This document shows positions 27,448 to 36,284 of a DNA stretch of 64,000 nucleotides, one piece after another. A program made the position numbers and the translations under genes. This DNA comes from an uncultured Anaerolineae bacterium. Lineage in GTDB: Bacteria > Chloroflexota > Anaerolineae > JACIWP01. The stretch covers positions 21,278-85,277 of the forward strand of contig CALIBQ010000035.1 in the NCBI GenBank assembly GCA_938049385.1, in the 5' to 3' direction. Under the pieces are notes generated by a model that did not search any database, was not told the origin of the DNA, and worked only from the letters and a program-made list of their open reading frames with translations. How positions within the stretch are numbered: position 1 is the stretch's first letter; every line of letters starts with the position of its first letter.

Positions 27448-28551
27448 GTGGACTCCGTACTGGCAGTGACCGCTCACACTCACGCTTGTTGTGAAGATCG
27501 GACTATACCGCCGGCACGGCATCTGCGTAAGCCGGTGACGTTCGTTACCGGCTTTCTGGGCGCCGGCAAGACCACCCTCATCAATCACCTCCTCTCCCTG
27601 CGCCGGCCGGCCGAACGCGTCGAGGTCGTCCTGCGCGAGTTCGGCGAGGTCGGCATCGACCAGGAGCTGATCGAAGATGAAGGGGTCAATGTCCAGGTCT
27701 TTGCCGGCAACTCCATCTTCATTGACCCGCAGACCAAGCTCCTCTGGGACCTGGAACGCCTCTACTCCCGCTGTGACCGCCTCGGCTCCGGCCAGTTCTC
27801 CTGGCAGGACGTGGACTTCGACCGCATCCTGCTGGAATCGAGCGGGCTGGACATCCCGGAATACATGGTAACGCTTTTCTATATTGACCGCATCCGCAAT
27901 CACTTCCGGCTGGACGCCGTGATTGCGGTGGTGGACGCGCAGTTCGGCGAGTTGAACCTGGAGGAGTACCGCAAGACACGCGAGCAGGTTTGCCTGGCGG
28001 ATATCCTTCTGCTCAATAAGATTGACCTGGCGACGCCAGAACAGATCGCCAGGCTGGAACGCCGGCTGTACCGCCTGAACCCCCTCGCCCGGCTGTATCA
28101 CACCCAATTCTGTCGGGCCAGCCGCGAGGCCCTCATGGATGTGGACCTGTTCGACGGCATCCCCGGCTTTGACCTGCTCCCTGAAGCCGCCGCGCGTCAT
28201 ACTTTCGGCCACAACGAGGAGGAACCCGTGGACGACTTCCAGAGCATCGTGCTCACCGAATCGCGCCCTCTGGACAAGGAGAAGGTCAACGTCTGGATCA
28301 GCGATATCATCACCCACAGCGGCCGGAAAATCCTGCGCGGCAAGGGGGTGCTGTGGTTCGCCGGCTACGACCACCGCTTCGTCTTCCAATGCGTGCGCAC
28401 CGCCTTCCACTCCAAGGCGGACCGGCTGTGGAAGCCCGATGAGGAGCGCAGAACCACCATCGTCTTCATCGGCGAGGACATCGCCGGCCTGGCGGAGGAG
28501 TGGCAGAGCGGGTTGAGTGCTTGTGCCGTATCTTCAGAGAAAGGAGGATAA
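27448..28551 (+). CDS. CobW/COG0523 (G3E) GTPase metallochaperone-like protein
   Basis: [42 protein letters not shown]-terminal CobW_C (ILRGKGVL...FQCV...IVFIG). The CxCC motif is absent. Confidence 0.9.
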   Translation: MDSVLAVTAHTHACCEDRTIPPARHLRKPVTFVTGFLGAGKTTLINHLLSLRRPAERVEVVLREFGEVGIDQELIEDEGVNVQVFAGNSIFIDPQTKLLWDLERLYSRCDRLGSGQFSWQDVDFDRILLESSGLDIPEYMVTLFYIDRIRNHFRLDAVIAVVDAQFGELNLEEYRKTREQVCLADILLLNKIDLATPEQIARLERRLYRLNPLARLYHTQFCRASREALMDVDLFDGIPGFDLLPEAAARHTFGHNEEEPVDDFQSIVLTESRPLDKEKVNVWISDIITHSGRKILRGKGVLWFAGYDHRFVFQCVRTAFHSKADRLWKPDEERRTTIVFIGEDIAGLAEEWQSGLSACAVSSEKGG

Positions 28552-28559
28552 CATCAACA

Positions 28560-28898
28560 GTGGCGGACGGCAGAGACCTCATCGAAGAGACCGTGGCCAT
28601 CATCGGCCAGATCAAGGAAGGGCTTCCAGCGGTCCAACCCCACTACTCGGCGGATGAGCTCGAGGAGCTGAAATCCTACCTCGAGAGCGCCGGCAAATGG
28701 GTCGCGGCCTGCCGCAAGAAAGTGTGGCTGCGCGGCCAGGAGGGCACAAGCATGGCCCAGAAGTGCCTGGATGTGGCCAAACACCTGCAAGAGATCCTCG
28801 ACAAGCCGGCGGCCGCGCTGGAGACCGCGGCGGACCTCTCTTATCAACTGGAAAACCTGGCACGGGTCATCGCGACCAAGTCCCAGGTCATGACCTAG
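28560..28898 (+). CDS. Hypothetical helical protein (112 aa)
   Basis: GTG 28560 downstream of AGGAGG; host-like codon usage; in operon position. Confidence 0.65.
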   Translation: MADGRDLIEETVAIIGQIKEGLPAVQPHYSADELEELKSYLESAGKWVAACRKKVWLRGQEGTSMAQKCLDVAKHLQEILDKPAAALETAADLSYQLENLARVIATKSQVMT

Positions 28899-29028
28899 GG
28901 AGGACAGCGGAAAGGAGGTGGAACGGATTCCGAGCCGGCCGAATGCTTACCCCTCGTCACAGCCAACTGCGGGACAGTCATGCATATGGTGAAACTGCTC
29001 ATGCCTAGCGATTGTCAAGGAGGGTAAA

Positions 29029-30402
29029 ATGGCGTCCCAAGTGTTCTTCATGAACGACCGGGCCAACAGCCTGGCAGAGAGCATCAAATTCAAGGCGGTA
29101 AAGGTATTCCGCGATGCCGGCCTGGGCGAACTCTTTCTCCCTGGCGATTGGGTCGGCGTCAAAGTGCACTTCGGCGAGCACGGCAACTCGCTCAGTCTTC
29201 GCCCGCAGTACGTGCGCTCCATCGTGGAGGAGATTCAGCGGCTTGGCGCTAACCCGGTGGTGGTGGACTGCACGACCATCTGCTTCAACGAATACAGCTC
29301 CCGCGCTACCCGCACCGACATGCTGCGCACCGCGGCCCGCCACGGCTTCACCGAGGAAACCCTTGGCTGTCCCATATGGATCGCCGATGGCGAGTTCGGT
29401 GAGGAAGAGGTGAAGGTAGAGATCCCACACGGCGTCTATCTGACCCACAGCTACATGGGCCGCGGCCTCAAGTACCTCGATGCGATGATCGTGGTAACCC
29501 ATTTCAAAGGGCACCCCATGGGGGTGTTCGGCGGCGCGCTGAAGAACGTCGGAATCGGATGCGGCTCCAAGCGCGGCAAACTCTGCACCCACCTGCTGAA
29601 CCATCCGCTGTACGGCATCCGCAACTGGGGGATCAACCAGCAGGCCGCCCAGGCCGCCGCCCAGGCGCCGCATCCCAATGGGATTGACAGGTTGATGAAA
29701 AACTGCCCCTTCGATGCTTTCCGCTGGGAGAACGACACCCTGCATTTCGACCGTGAGAAATGCCAGATGTGCGCGGCCTGTTTTGGCCCTGGCCTTTTCT
29801 CCGGCATCCTCCAGCCCCCACCTGAGATCATGCTGATGTGGGCGGCGACCATCCCAGACGCCTTCGCCGGCTACGTCAACGCCATTGGCAAGGACAAGGT
29901 CGGCTACGTCACCTATGCGGTGGATATGACCCCCTGGTGCGACTGCGTCAACTGGAGCGATAAACCGCTGGTATTCAGCCTGGGCGTGTTCGCTTCCAAA
30001 GACCCGGTCGCCATTGACATGGCCTGCCTGGAGATGTCTGAGGCCCACTCCGCCGTCCCCGGTTCCAAGGCGGATGAACTGGGCTTCGCCGAGCCGGGCA
30101 CCGAGCGCTTCACCAACTGCGCCGGCTTCGCCGGCGTCAGCCAGTGGGCGCAGATCAACTCCGCCATTTACAACGGCCTCGGCACCTCCGAATATGAGCT
30201 GATCCTCTCCTCCCCAGTGACCGATGACACCCAGTTCTGGATGAAACCATACACCCCGGAGAATCCATGGGGATGGGTCCACCGCAAGGAGCACCATAAG
30301 ATTGACTGGACAGTGGAGCCGTACACGCATCGCGATCTGCAGTTCTCCATGGTTGACATGAGCGTCAAACCCAAGGGCAAGGTCGCCGAGCGCGAACTGT
30401 AA
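29029..30402 (+). CDS. DUF362-domain Fe-S protein
   Basis: VGVKVHFGEHGN, VVTHFKGHPMGVFGGALKNVGIGC, ferredoxin-like CQMCAAC, PWCDC, ASKDPVAIDMAC. Confidence 0.88.
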   Translation: MASQVFFMNDRANSLAESIKFKAVKVFRDAGLGELFLPGDWVGVKVHFGEHGNSLSLRPQYVRSIVEEIQRLGANPVVVDCTTICFNEYSSRATRTDMLRTAARHGFTEETLGCPIWIADGEFGEEEVKVEIPHGVYLTHSYMGRGLKYLDAMIVVTHFKGHPMGVFGGALKNVGIGCGSKRGKLCTHLLNHPLYGIRNWGINQQAAQAAAQAPHPNGIDRLMKNCPFDAFRWENDTLHFDREKCQMCAACFGPGLFSGILQPPPEIMLMWAATIPDAFAGYVNAIGKDKVGYVTYAVDMTPWCDCVNWSDKPLVFSLGVFASKDPVAIDMACLEMSEAHSAVPGSKADELGFAEPGTERFTNCAGFAGVSQWAQINSAIYNGLGTSEYELILSSPVTDDTQFWMKPYTPENPWGWVHRKEHHKIDWTVEPYTHRDLQFSMVDMSVKPKGKVAEREL

Positions 30403-30436
30403 CGCTTCGGGCAAGCGAGCACAAGGAGGGAATCTC

Positions 30437-32290
30437 ATGAAAGGCGGGTATGTCGGCAAGATTCTGGTGGTGGACCTCTCCAACAACTCCACCGAGGTGC
30501 AAGAGCTCCCCGAGGAAATGTACCGGAACTTCCTGGGCGGTTACGGTCTGGGCGCTCGCATCCTGTACAGCATGATGAAGCCCGGCATTGACCCTTTGGG
30601 GCCGGACAATATCATCGGCTTCGTGCCAGGACTGCTCACCGGCACGGGAGCTCCTTTCACCGGTCGTTATATGGTGGTGTGCAAATCCCCTGTTACCGGC
30701 GGCTGGAATGACGCGAATTCTGGCGGCTTTTTCGGTCCGGAATTGAAGAAAGCCGGCTTCGACGGGGTCTTTATCAAGGGCGCCGCCAAGGAACCGGTCT
30801 ACCTCTGGATCCACGACGGAAAGGCGGAGATCCGCTCTGCTAAACATCTGTGGGGCCTGGATTCCGAGGCCGGCCGCGAGGCACTGCGGAAAGAGACTGA
30901 CCCCGAGGCCCAAGAAGCCATGATCGGTCCCGCCGGCGAAGCGCTGTCCTACATGGCGGCCGTGATGAATGACAAACATCGCGCCGCCGGCCGCGGCGGG
31001 GCCGGCGCTGTCATGGGCTCCAAGAAACTCAAAGCGGTCGTCGTGCGGGGGACCGACGAGGTGCCCGTCGCGTACCCCGAACGGCTGAAAGAAGTCCAGC
31101 GCGCGCTGTCCGCTGCGATGAAGAACTCTGACCTGGCCAAACTGTTCCACGAGCACGGCACCGGTGCCTTCAACGGCCCCTCCGCGCTGAGCGGCGACAC
31201 ACCCGTGAAGAACTGGGCCGGCGTGGGCATCATCGATTTCGGCGAGGACGGCGCCAACGCTATCGCCGGCCCAACCCTTGATCCCAAGTACAAGGTCAAA
31301 CCTTACGGGTGCGCCAACTGCCCCCTGGTCTGCGGCGCCCACTACGAGGTCAAGGACGGCAAGTGGATCAAGGGCATGACCGAACGGCCAGAGTACGAGA
31401 CGGCGGCATCCTTCGGCACCCTGCTCCTGAACAAGGACGCGGAAGCCATCTTCGCCTGCAACGATATCTGCAACCGCTATGGCCTCGACACCATCTCCAC
31501 CGGCATGACCATCGCCTGGGCCATGGAATGCTACGAGAAGGGCATCCTGACCAAGGAGGAGCTGAACGGGCTGGACCTCAAATGGGGCAACGCGGAAGCT
31601 ATCGTTGAACTGACGAAAGCCATCGCCGAGCAGAAGGGCATCGGTAAGGTGCTGGCCAAAGGCTCGGCGAAGGCGGCAGACGAATTAGGCAAGGGTCATG
31701 AGTGCCTGATCACGGTGAAGGGCATTGAACTACCTATGCACGATCCACGGCTCTCCCCTGGCTATGCCCGCACCTATCAGTTCGACCCGACGCCCGGCCG
31801 GCATGTCAAAGGCGGCCTCGGCGGCATGCAGTTGCTGATGCCCAGCCCAGCCAAATACATCCCCGAAGGGACTGGATTCCTGGATGTGCTCCTCACTACC
31901 GGCTCGGAGGTCGAAAGTTCCGCCGGCCTCTGCATGTTCAGCGGATTTCTCGGCATGCAGAATCTCGCCCAGAGGTTGATCGAAGCGGTAACCGGCTGGA
32001 ACTTCAAAGGTCAGGATGTCCTGCGCACCGGCGCTCGCATCCTGAACATGCGCCATGTCTTCAACCTGCGCGAGGGCTTCACGCCCAAGGACTTCGTCAT
32101 CCCGCCGCGCGCCATCGGGGTGCCGCCGCTCCAAGCCGGCCCGACCGCCGGCATCACCATTAACGCCCAGCGCTTGGCGGAGAACTTCTTCCACTTCATA
32201 GGCTGGGATATGGAGACCGGCAAGCCCAGCAAGTACTCTCTGGAGCATCTGGGCAGCATGGATGATGTGATCAAAGACCTCTACGGATGA
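30437..32290 (+). CDS. aor: Aldehyde:ferredoxin oxidoreductase (W/bis-pterin AOR family)
   Basis: GGYVGKILVVDLS, KSPVTGG, SGGFFGPELKKAGFD, GRGGAGAVMGSKKLKAV, CANCPLVC, PEYET, GLDTISTG, LPMHDPR, GLCMF. Confidence 0.93.
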   Translation: MKGGYVGKILVVDLSNNSTEVQELPEEMYRNFLGGYGLGARILYSMMKPGIDPLGPDNIIGFVPGLLTGTGAPFTGRYMVVCKSPVTGGWNDANSGGFFGPELKKAGFDGVFIKGAAKEPVYLWIHDGKAEIRSAKHLWGLDSEAGREALRKETDPEAQEAMIGPAGEALSYMAAVMNDKHRAAGRGGAGAVMGSKKLKAVVVRGTDEVPVAYPERLKEVQRALSAAMKNSDLAKLFHEHGTGAFNGPSALSGDTPVKNWAGVGIIDFGEDGANAIAGPTLDPKYKVKPYGCANCPLVCGAHYEVKDGKWIKGMTERPEYETAASFGTLLLNKDAEAIFACNDICNRYGLDTISTGMTIAWAMECYEKGILTKEELNGLDLKWGNAEAIVELTKAIAEQKGIGKVLAKGSAKAADELGKGHECLITVKGIELPMHDPRLSPGYARTYQFDPTPGRHVKGGLGGMQLLMPSPAKYIPEGTGFLDVLLTTGSEVESSAGLCMFSGFLGMQNLAQRLIEAVTGWNFKGQDVLRTGARILNMRHVFNLREGFTPKDFVIPPRAIGVPPLQAGPTAGITINAQRLAENFFHFIGWDMETGKPSKYSLEHLGSMDDVIKDLYG

Positions 32291-32306
32291 GGCGGCAGGA
32301 GGGAGA

Positions 32307-32337
32307 CGGCCGGCCGGGGATGTCCCCCGGCCGGCCG
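32307..32337 (+). other. Strong GC stem-loop after aor (no U-tract; possible mRNA stabiliser or processing site)
   Basis: 13-bp perfect stem CGGCCGGCCGGGG / CCCCGGCCGGCCG with a 5-nt loop. Confidence 0.55.
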
Positions 32338-32364
32338 CACCTTGCTCGGGAGCAGTCTTCGCCG

Positions 32365-32631
32365 ATGAAAATCCAGGTGAAATTCTTCGTCCCACTGAAT
32401 ATCCAGGTCGGCACAAATCAGTTGGAGATCGAACTGCCGGACGGCGCAACCGGCCGGGACTTACTGCGATACCTGGCAGACCGGTTCTCCGAGAACCAGT
32501 CGGTGCGCAGGCGCTTTCTGGGCGGCCGAGTTCTGTTCCTGGTCGGGAAGGAATTTATCAGCTTGGATTCGCCATTACAGGATCAGATGACGCTGGTCAT
32601 CCTTCCCCAGGGCAGTTGCTGTCATCCATAA
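32365..32631 (+). CDS. MoaD/ThiS-like beta-grasp protein with atypical C-terminus (..ILPQGSCCHP)
   Basis: MKIQVKFF...IELPDGATGRDLL..L...LDSPLQDQMTLVILP gives a MoaD pattern; it ends in CCHP rather than GG. Confidence 0.8.
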   Translation: MKIQVKFFVPLNIQVGTNQLEIELPDGATGRDLLRYLADRFSENQSVRRRFLGGRVLFLVGKEFISLDSPLQDQMTLVILPQGSCCHP

Positions 32632-32654
32632 GCTTGTACGGGGAGTGAATATCC

Positions 32655-33524
32655 ATGAAAACCATCCTCATTACCGGTGGCGCCGGCAGTGTCGGCAAAG
32701 AACTCACCTTCAAGCTGGTATCCCAGGGCCATCGCGTGCGGGTCTTCGACCTGCCTATTTGCGACTTCTCCGACCTGGAGGCCAAGGCCGGCGTCGAAAT
32801 CATCAAGGGCGACATCCGCGACGCGGCCCTCGTGAAAGAGGCCGTTCAGGGCACCGATATCGTGCTCCATCTCGCCGCCATTTTGCCGCCGGCCAGCGAA
32901 CGCGACCGCGCCCGCACCTTCGGCGTCAACGTCGAGGGCACCCAGCGTGTTGTTGAGGCTGGCCGCGAGACCGGCGGCACCAGCCGGCTCATCTTCGCTT
33001 CCAGTGTCGCCACCTACGGCAACACCACCGCCTCCACCCCACCCATCCGCGTGGGCCACCCTCAGCGCCCCATCGACATCTACGGTGAGAGCAAGGTGGC
33101 GGCGGAGCAGATCATCCTGCAGGCCGGCATCCCCTACACCATCCTGCGCATCTCCGGCATCGTCATCCCGGCCCTGCTGGACCCGCCCGACCCCTACCCC
33201 TTCACCGCCGGACAGCGCATCGAACTTGTCTGCCGGGCCGATGTGGTCACGGCACTGCTGGCCGCGATTGACAAGGACGCGGCGGCGAATACAATTTTCA
33301 ATATCGCCGGCGGCCCCTCCTGGCAGATGTACGGGCATGAGTATGTGGAGAAAGTCTTCCCCATCCTCGACATCCCGATCGAGGACGCACATTACCGGGA
33401 GGAGCCGGGCTGGAGCGACTGGTACGATACCGCCGAATCGCAGGCCCTGCTGGGCTACCAGAACACGCCCTTTGAGGTCTACCTGGATCAGCTTGAGAAA
33501 GCCGTCCTGGAAGCGCTGGGATAG
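32655..33524 (+). CDS. NAD-dependent epimerase/dehydratase (extended SDR)
   Basis: ILITGGAGSVG, HLAA, ASSVATYG, YGESK (YxxxK), ILRISG. Confidence 0.92.
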   Translation: MKTILITGGAGSVGKELTFKLVSQGHRVRVFDLPICDFSDLEAKAGVEIIKGDIRDAALVKEAVQGTDIVLHLAAILPPASERDRARTFGVNVEGTQRVVEAGRETGGTSRLIFASSVATYGNTTASTPPIRVGHPQRPIDIYGESKVAAEQIILQAGIPYTILRISGIVIPALLDPPDPYPFTAGQRIELVCRADVVTALLAAIDKDAAANTIFNIAGGPSWQMYGHEYVEKVFPILDIPIEDAHYREEPGWSDWYDTAESQALLGYQNTPFEVYLDQLEKAVLEALG

Positions 33525-33527
33525 GGT

Positions 33528-33773
33528 ATGCAAATCAAGGTGAAATTCCTGCCGCCTGTGCGGGAGCACATCGGGAAGGAGAGCGTTATACTGGACCTGC
33601 CGGCCGGCGCCACCGTTGCCCAGGCGCTGGCCGCCGTGCGTGCCCAATTCCCTGCCCCCAGCGACATGCTAGATAACCTGCTGTTCATGGTCAACTACTA
33701 CCGCGCCCAACCAGATACTGTCCTCCAGGAGGGCGACGAGGTCATCTGTTTCAAACTGCTGGGAGGCGGATGA
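33528..33773 (+). CDS. moaD: MoaD/ThiS-family sulfur carrier (canonical C-terminal GG)
   Basis: MQIKVKFL...LPAGATVAQAL...LQEGDEVICFKLLGGG*. Confidence 0.85.
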   Translation: MQIKVKFLPPVREHIGKESVILDLPAGATVAQALAAVRAQFPAPSDMLDNLLFMVNYYRAQPDTVLQEGDEVICFKLLGGG

Positions 33774-33854
33774 TCGCTACTGACAATGGGTTTCCTCGCC
33801 GCGAAAATTTGACATTTCCACGATAGTATGGAATAGTATGCTGTGTGGCCATGG

Positions 33855-33890
33855 AGAGCCTGGGGAATCGTTCCCCCAGGCTCTTTTATT
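33855..33890 (+). terminator. Intrinsic terminator upstream of fusA
   Basis: AGAGCCTGGGG / CCCCAGGCTCT stem followed by TTTATT. Confidence 0.75.
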
Positions 33891-33945
33891 GCCCTTTGGC
33901 AAGGTGAGATTTTCCTGGTCGTACGCAGTAAAGAGGGGAAGACGA

Positions 33946-36009
33946 ATGACTGTAGAGATTCAGAAAATTCGCAATATCGGCATCATCGCGCATATTGACG
34001 CCGGCAAAACGACGGTTACCGAGCGCATCCTGTTCCATACGGGCAAGACGCACCGCATCGGCAACGTGGACGAAGGCACCACCGTCACCGATTCCATGCC
34101 GCAGGAACGCGAACGCGGCATCACCATCCAGTCGGCGGCGGTAACCACTGAGTGGAAGGGGCATCAGATCACCATCATTGACACCCCCGGCCATATTGAC
34201 TTCACCGCGGAGGTACAGCGCGCCCTGCGCGTGCTGGACGGCGGTGTAGTGGTGTTCGACGGCGTCGCCGGCGTCGAGCCGCAGTCGGAAACCGTTTGGC
34301 GGCAGGCGGACCGCTATCGCGTCCCGCGCATCTGCTTCATCAACAAACTGGATCGCGCCGGCGCCAACTTCTGGTACGCCATCGAGACGATCGAAACGCG
34401 CCTCGGCGCCCGCCCGCTGGCTATCCAGATGCCCATCGGCGCCGAAAAAGCCTTCCAGGGCATGATCGACCTGGTCGAAATGCGCGCCTTCCTTTACCCC
34501 GAGGCGCATGCCGAGCCGGTCACTGCTCCTATCCCGGCTGAGCTGATGGAAGAGGCTCTGGCGCGCCGCGAGACGATGCTGGAAATGCTCGCCGACGCCG
34601 ATGACGAGGTCGCCGAGCGCTACCTGGAGGGGGAGGACATGTCCCCGGACTTTTTGCGGACGGCAGTCCGGCGCGCCACCCTCGCCGGCTCTCTGGTTCC
34701 TGTGCTGTGCGGCACCGCCCTGCACGATATGGGCATCCAGCCCCTGCTGGACGCGGTGGTAGATTACCTGCCGGCCCCGCGCGATATCGAACCCATGCCT
34801 GGCCGCCTGCCCGACACGGGCGAGGAAATCGGCTGTGACAACGACGTATCTCAGCCGCTGGCCGCGCTGGTCTTCAAAGTGAACACCGACCCGTATGTGG
34901 GCCGGCTGGCCTACATCCGGGTCTATGACGGCATCCTGCGCCGCGGCGACACGGTGGTGAACCCCGCCACCGGCAAGAAGGAGCGTATCGGCCGGCTGGT
35001 GCGCATGCACGCCGACCGCCGCGAGGACGTGGAGGAAATCTCCGCCGGCGATATCGGGGCCATCCTGGGCATGAAAATCGCCACCACGGGAGAGACCATC
35101 TGCGCCCTATCCCGCCTGGTGGTGCTGGAGGAAATCAGCTTCCCCGCCCCGGTCGTGCATGTCGCCATCGAACCCAAGACCAAAGCGGACCAGGACCGGC
35201 TTTCCACCTCGCTGGGCGCGCTGGTGGATGAAGACCCCACCTTGCGGGTGCGGTTTGACGAACGCACGGGCCAGACCATTCTCTCGGGCATGGGAGAACT
35301 GCACCTAGAGGTGGTAGTGGATAGACTGCGCCGCGAGTTCAACGTCTCTGCGCGGGTCGGACAGCCGCAGGTGGCCTACTGCGAGACCATCACGCGGCCG
35401 GCCCAGGGAGAAGGCCGGCTGGTGCGCCAGACCGGCGGCCGCGGCCAATTCGCCCACGTCATCCTGGCGGTGGAACCACTGCCGGCCGGCACGGGCAACA
35501 TCGTCGAGAACCACATCGTGGGCGGTGCCATCCCGCGGCAGTTCATCCCGGCGGTGGAGGCCGGCATCAAAGAGGGCCTTGCCATGGGTGCCCTCATTGG
35601 TCAGCCCATCATTGACGTCAAGGTATCCATCCTGGACGGCCGCTTCCACGAGGTGGATTCGTCGGAGCAGGCCTTCCGCACCGCGGCGTCCATGGCGCTG
35701 AAGGATGCGGTTCTGCGTGCCGGCCCCATCATTCTCGAACCCATCATGAAGGTTGAGGTCATCGCACCCGAGGAATACATCGGCGGCATCCTGGGAGACC
35801 TGAGCAGTAAGGGCGGGACGGTTATCGGGCTGGACCCGCGTGTCGGCGGCGTGCAGGGCATCATCGCCCACGTGCCGCTGGCGGCCATGTTCGGGTATGC
35901 CGGCAACCTCCGCTCCATTACCCAGGGTCGGGGCACCTTTGTCATGGAATTTGACCACTACGCCGAGGTGCCGGCGAAAGTCGCCGAGGAACTGCGGCGA
36001 GTGGCCTAA
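33946..36009 (+). CDS. fusA: Elongation factor G (stand-alone, probably a second copy)
   Basis: IRNIGIIAHIDAGKTT, QERERGITIQSA, IDTPGHIDF, INKLDR, GMGELHLE, GQPQVAYCETI, HEVDSSE, LEPIMKVEV. No rpsL/rpsG/tuf neighbours. Start at ATG 33946. Confidence 0.95.
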   Translation: MTVEIQKIRNIGIIAHIDAGKTTVTERILFHTGKTHRIGNVDEGTTVTDSMPQERERGITIQSAAVTTEWKGHQITIIDTPGHIDFTAEVQRALRVLDGGVVVFDGVAGVEPQSETVWRQADRYRVPRICFINKLDRAGANFWYAIETIETRLGARPLAIQMPIGAEKAFQGMIDLVEMRAFLYPEAHAEPVTAPIPAELMEEALARRETMLEMLADADDEVAERYLEGEDMSPDFLRTAVRRATLAGSLVPVLCGTALHDMGIQPLLDAVVDYLPAPRDIEPMPGRLPDTGEEIGCDNDVSQPLAALVFKVNTDPYVGRLAYIRVYDGILRRGDTVVNPATGKKERIGRLVRMHADRREDVEEISAGDIGAILGMKIATTGETICALSRLVVLEEISFPAPVVHVAIEPKTKADQDRLSTSLGALVDEDPTLRVRFDERTGQTILSGMGELHLEVVVDRLRREFNVSARVGQPQVAYCETITRPAQGEGRLVRQTGGRGQFAHVILAVEPLPAGTGNIVENHIVGGAIPRQFIPAVEAGIKEGLAMGALIGQPIIDVKVSILDGRFHEVDSSEQAFRTAASMALKDAVLRAGPIILEPIMKVEVIAPEEYIGGILGDLSSKGGTVIGLDPRVGGVQGIIAHVPLAAMFGYAGNLRSITQGRGTFVMEFDHYAEVPAKVAEELRRVA

Positions 36010-36044
36010 CCCCAGCACAACGGCGTGCTGAACTCTTCAACAAA

Positions 36045-36076
36045 GGCCTGGCAGAACATGCCAGGCCATTTTCTTT
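36045..36076 (+). terminator. fusA terminator
   Basis: GGCCTGGCA-GAACA-TGCCAGGCC followed by ATTTTCTTT. Confidence 0.8.
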
Positions 36077-36080
36077 GCGC

Positions 36081-36187
36081 CGCCTGGCGGCTGAAGCCAC
36101 GGCAACAGCTGCGAAGCCTATGCAAGCTTCGTAAGGTCGGCGCCGGCCCGTAGTTTCAACTGCCAGGCGACCTTTTCAACACCCTCT
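36081..36187. repeat. REP/MITE-like palindromic element, copy C (left outer end missing)
   Basis: CGCCTGGCGGCTGAAGCCACGGC...CGCCGGCCCGTAGTTTCAACTGCCAGGCGA-CCTTTTCAACACCCTCT. A 17-nt stretch GCGGCTGAAGCCACGGC is identical to copy B. Confidence 0.75.
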
Positions 36188-36199
36188 AGACAATTGGTG

Positions 36200-36228
36200 T
36201 TGCCAAAACTTGACAATCGTGTTATAAT
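36200..36228 (+). promoter_or_regulatory. sigma70 promoter for surface-protein genes
   Basis: TTGCCA-N17-TATAAT with TGn. Confidence 0.65.
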
Positions 36229-36284
36229 AACAACAGTATGGTCTTCGCGATGGCCCGGTTGTTCCGCCCCGTGGAGGAAGTGGC

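Noticed and set aside
28918-29008. Short His-containing ORF between the 112-aa gene and DUF362
   Set aside because: The SD overlaps the putative GTG, the ORF is under 30 codons, and there is no other support.
26830-29028. Moco/Wco riboswitch upstream of the AOR cluster
   Set aside because: I could not find the conserved elements in either intergenic region (26831-27018, 28899-29028); an Rfam scan would settle it.
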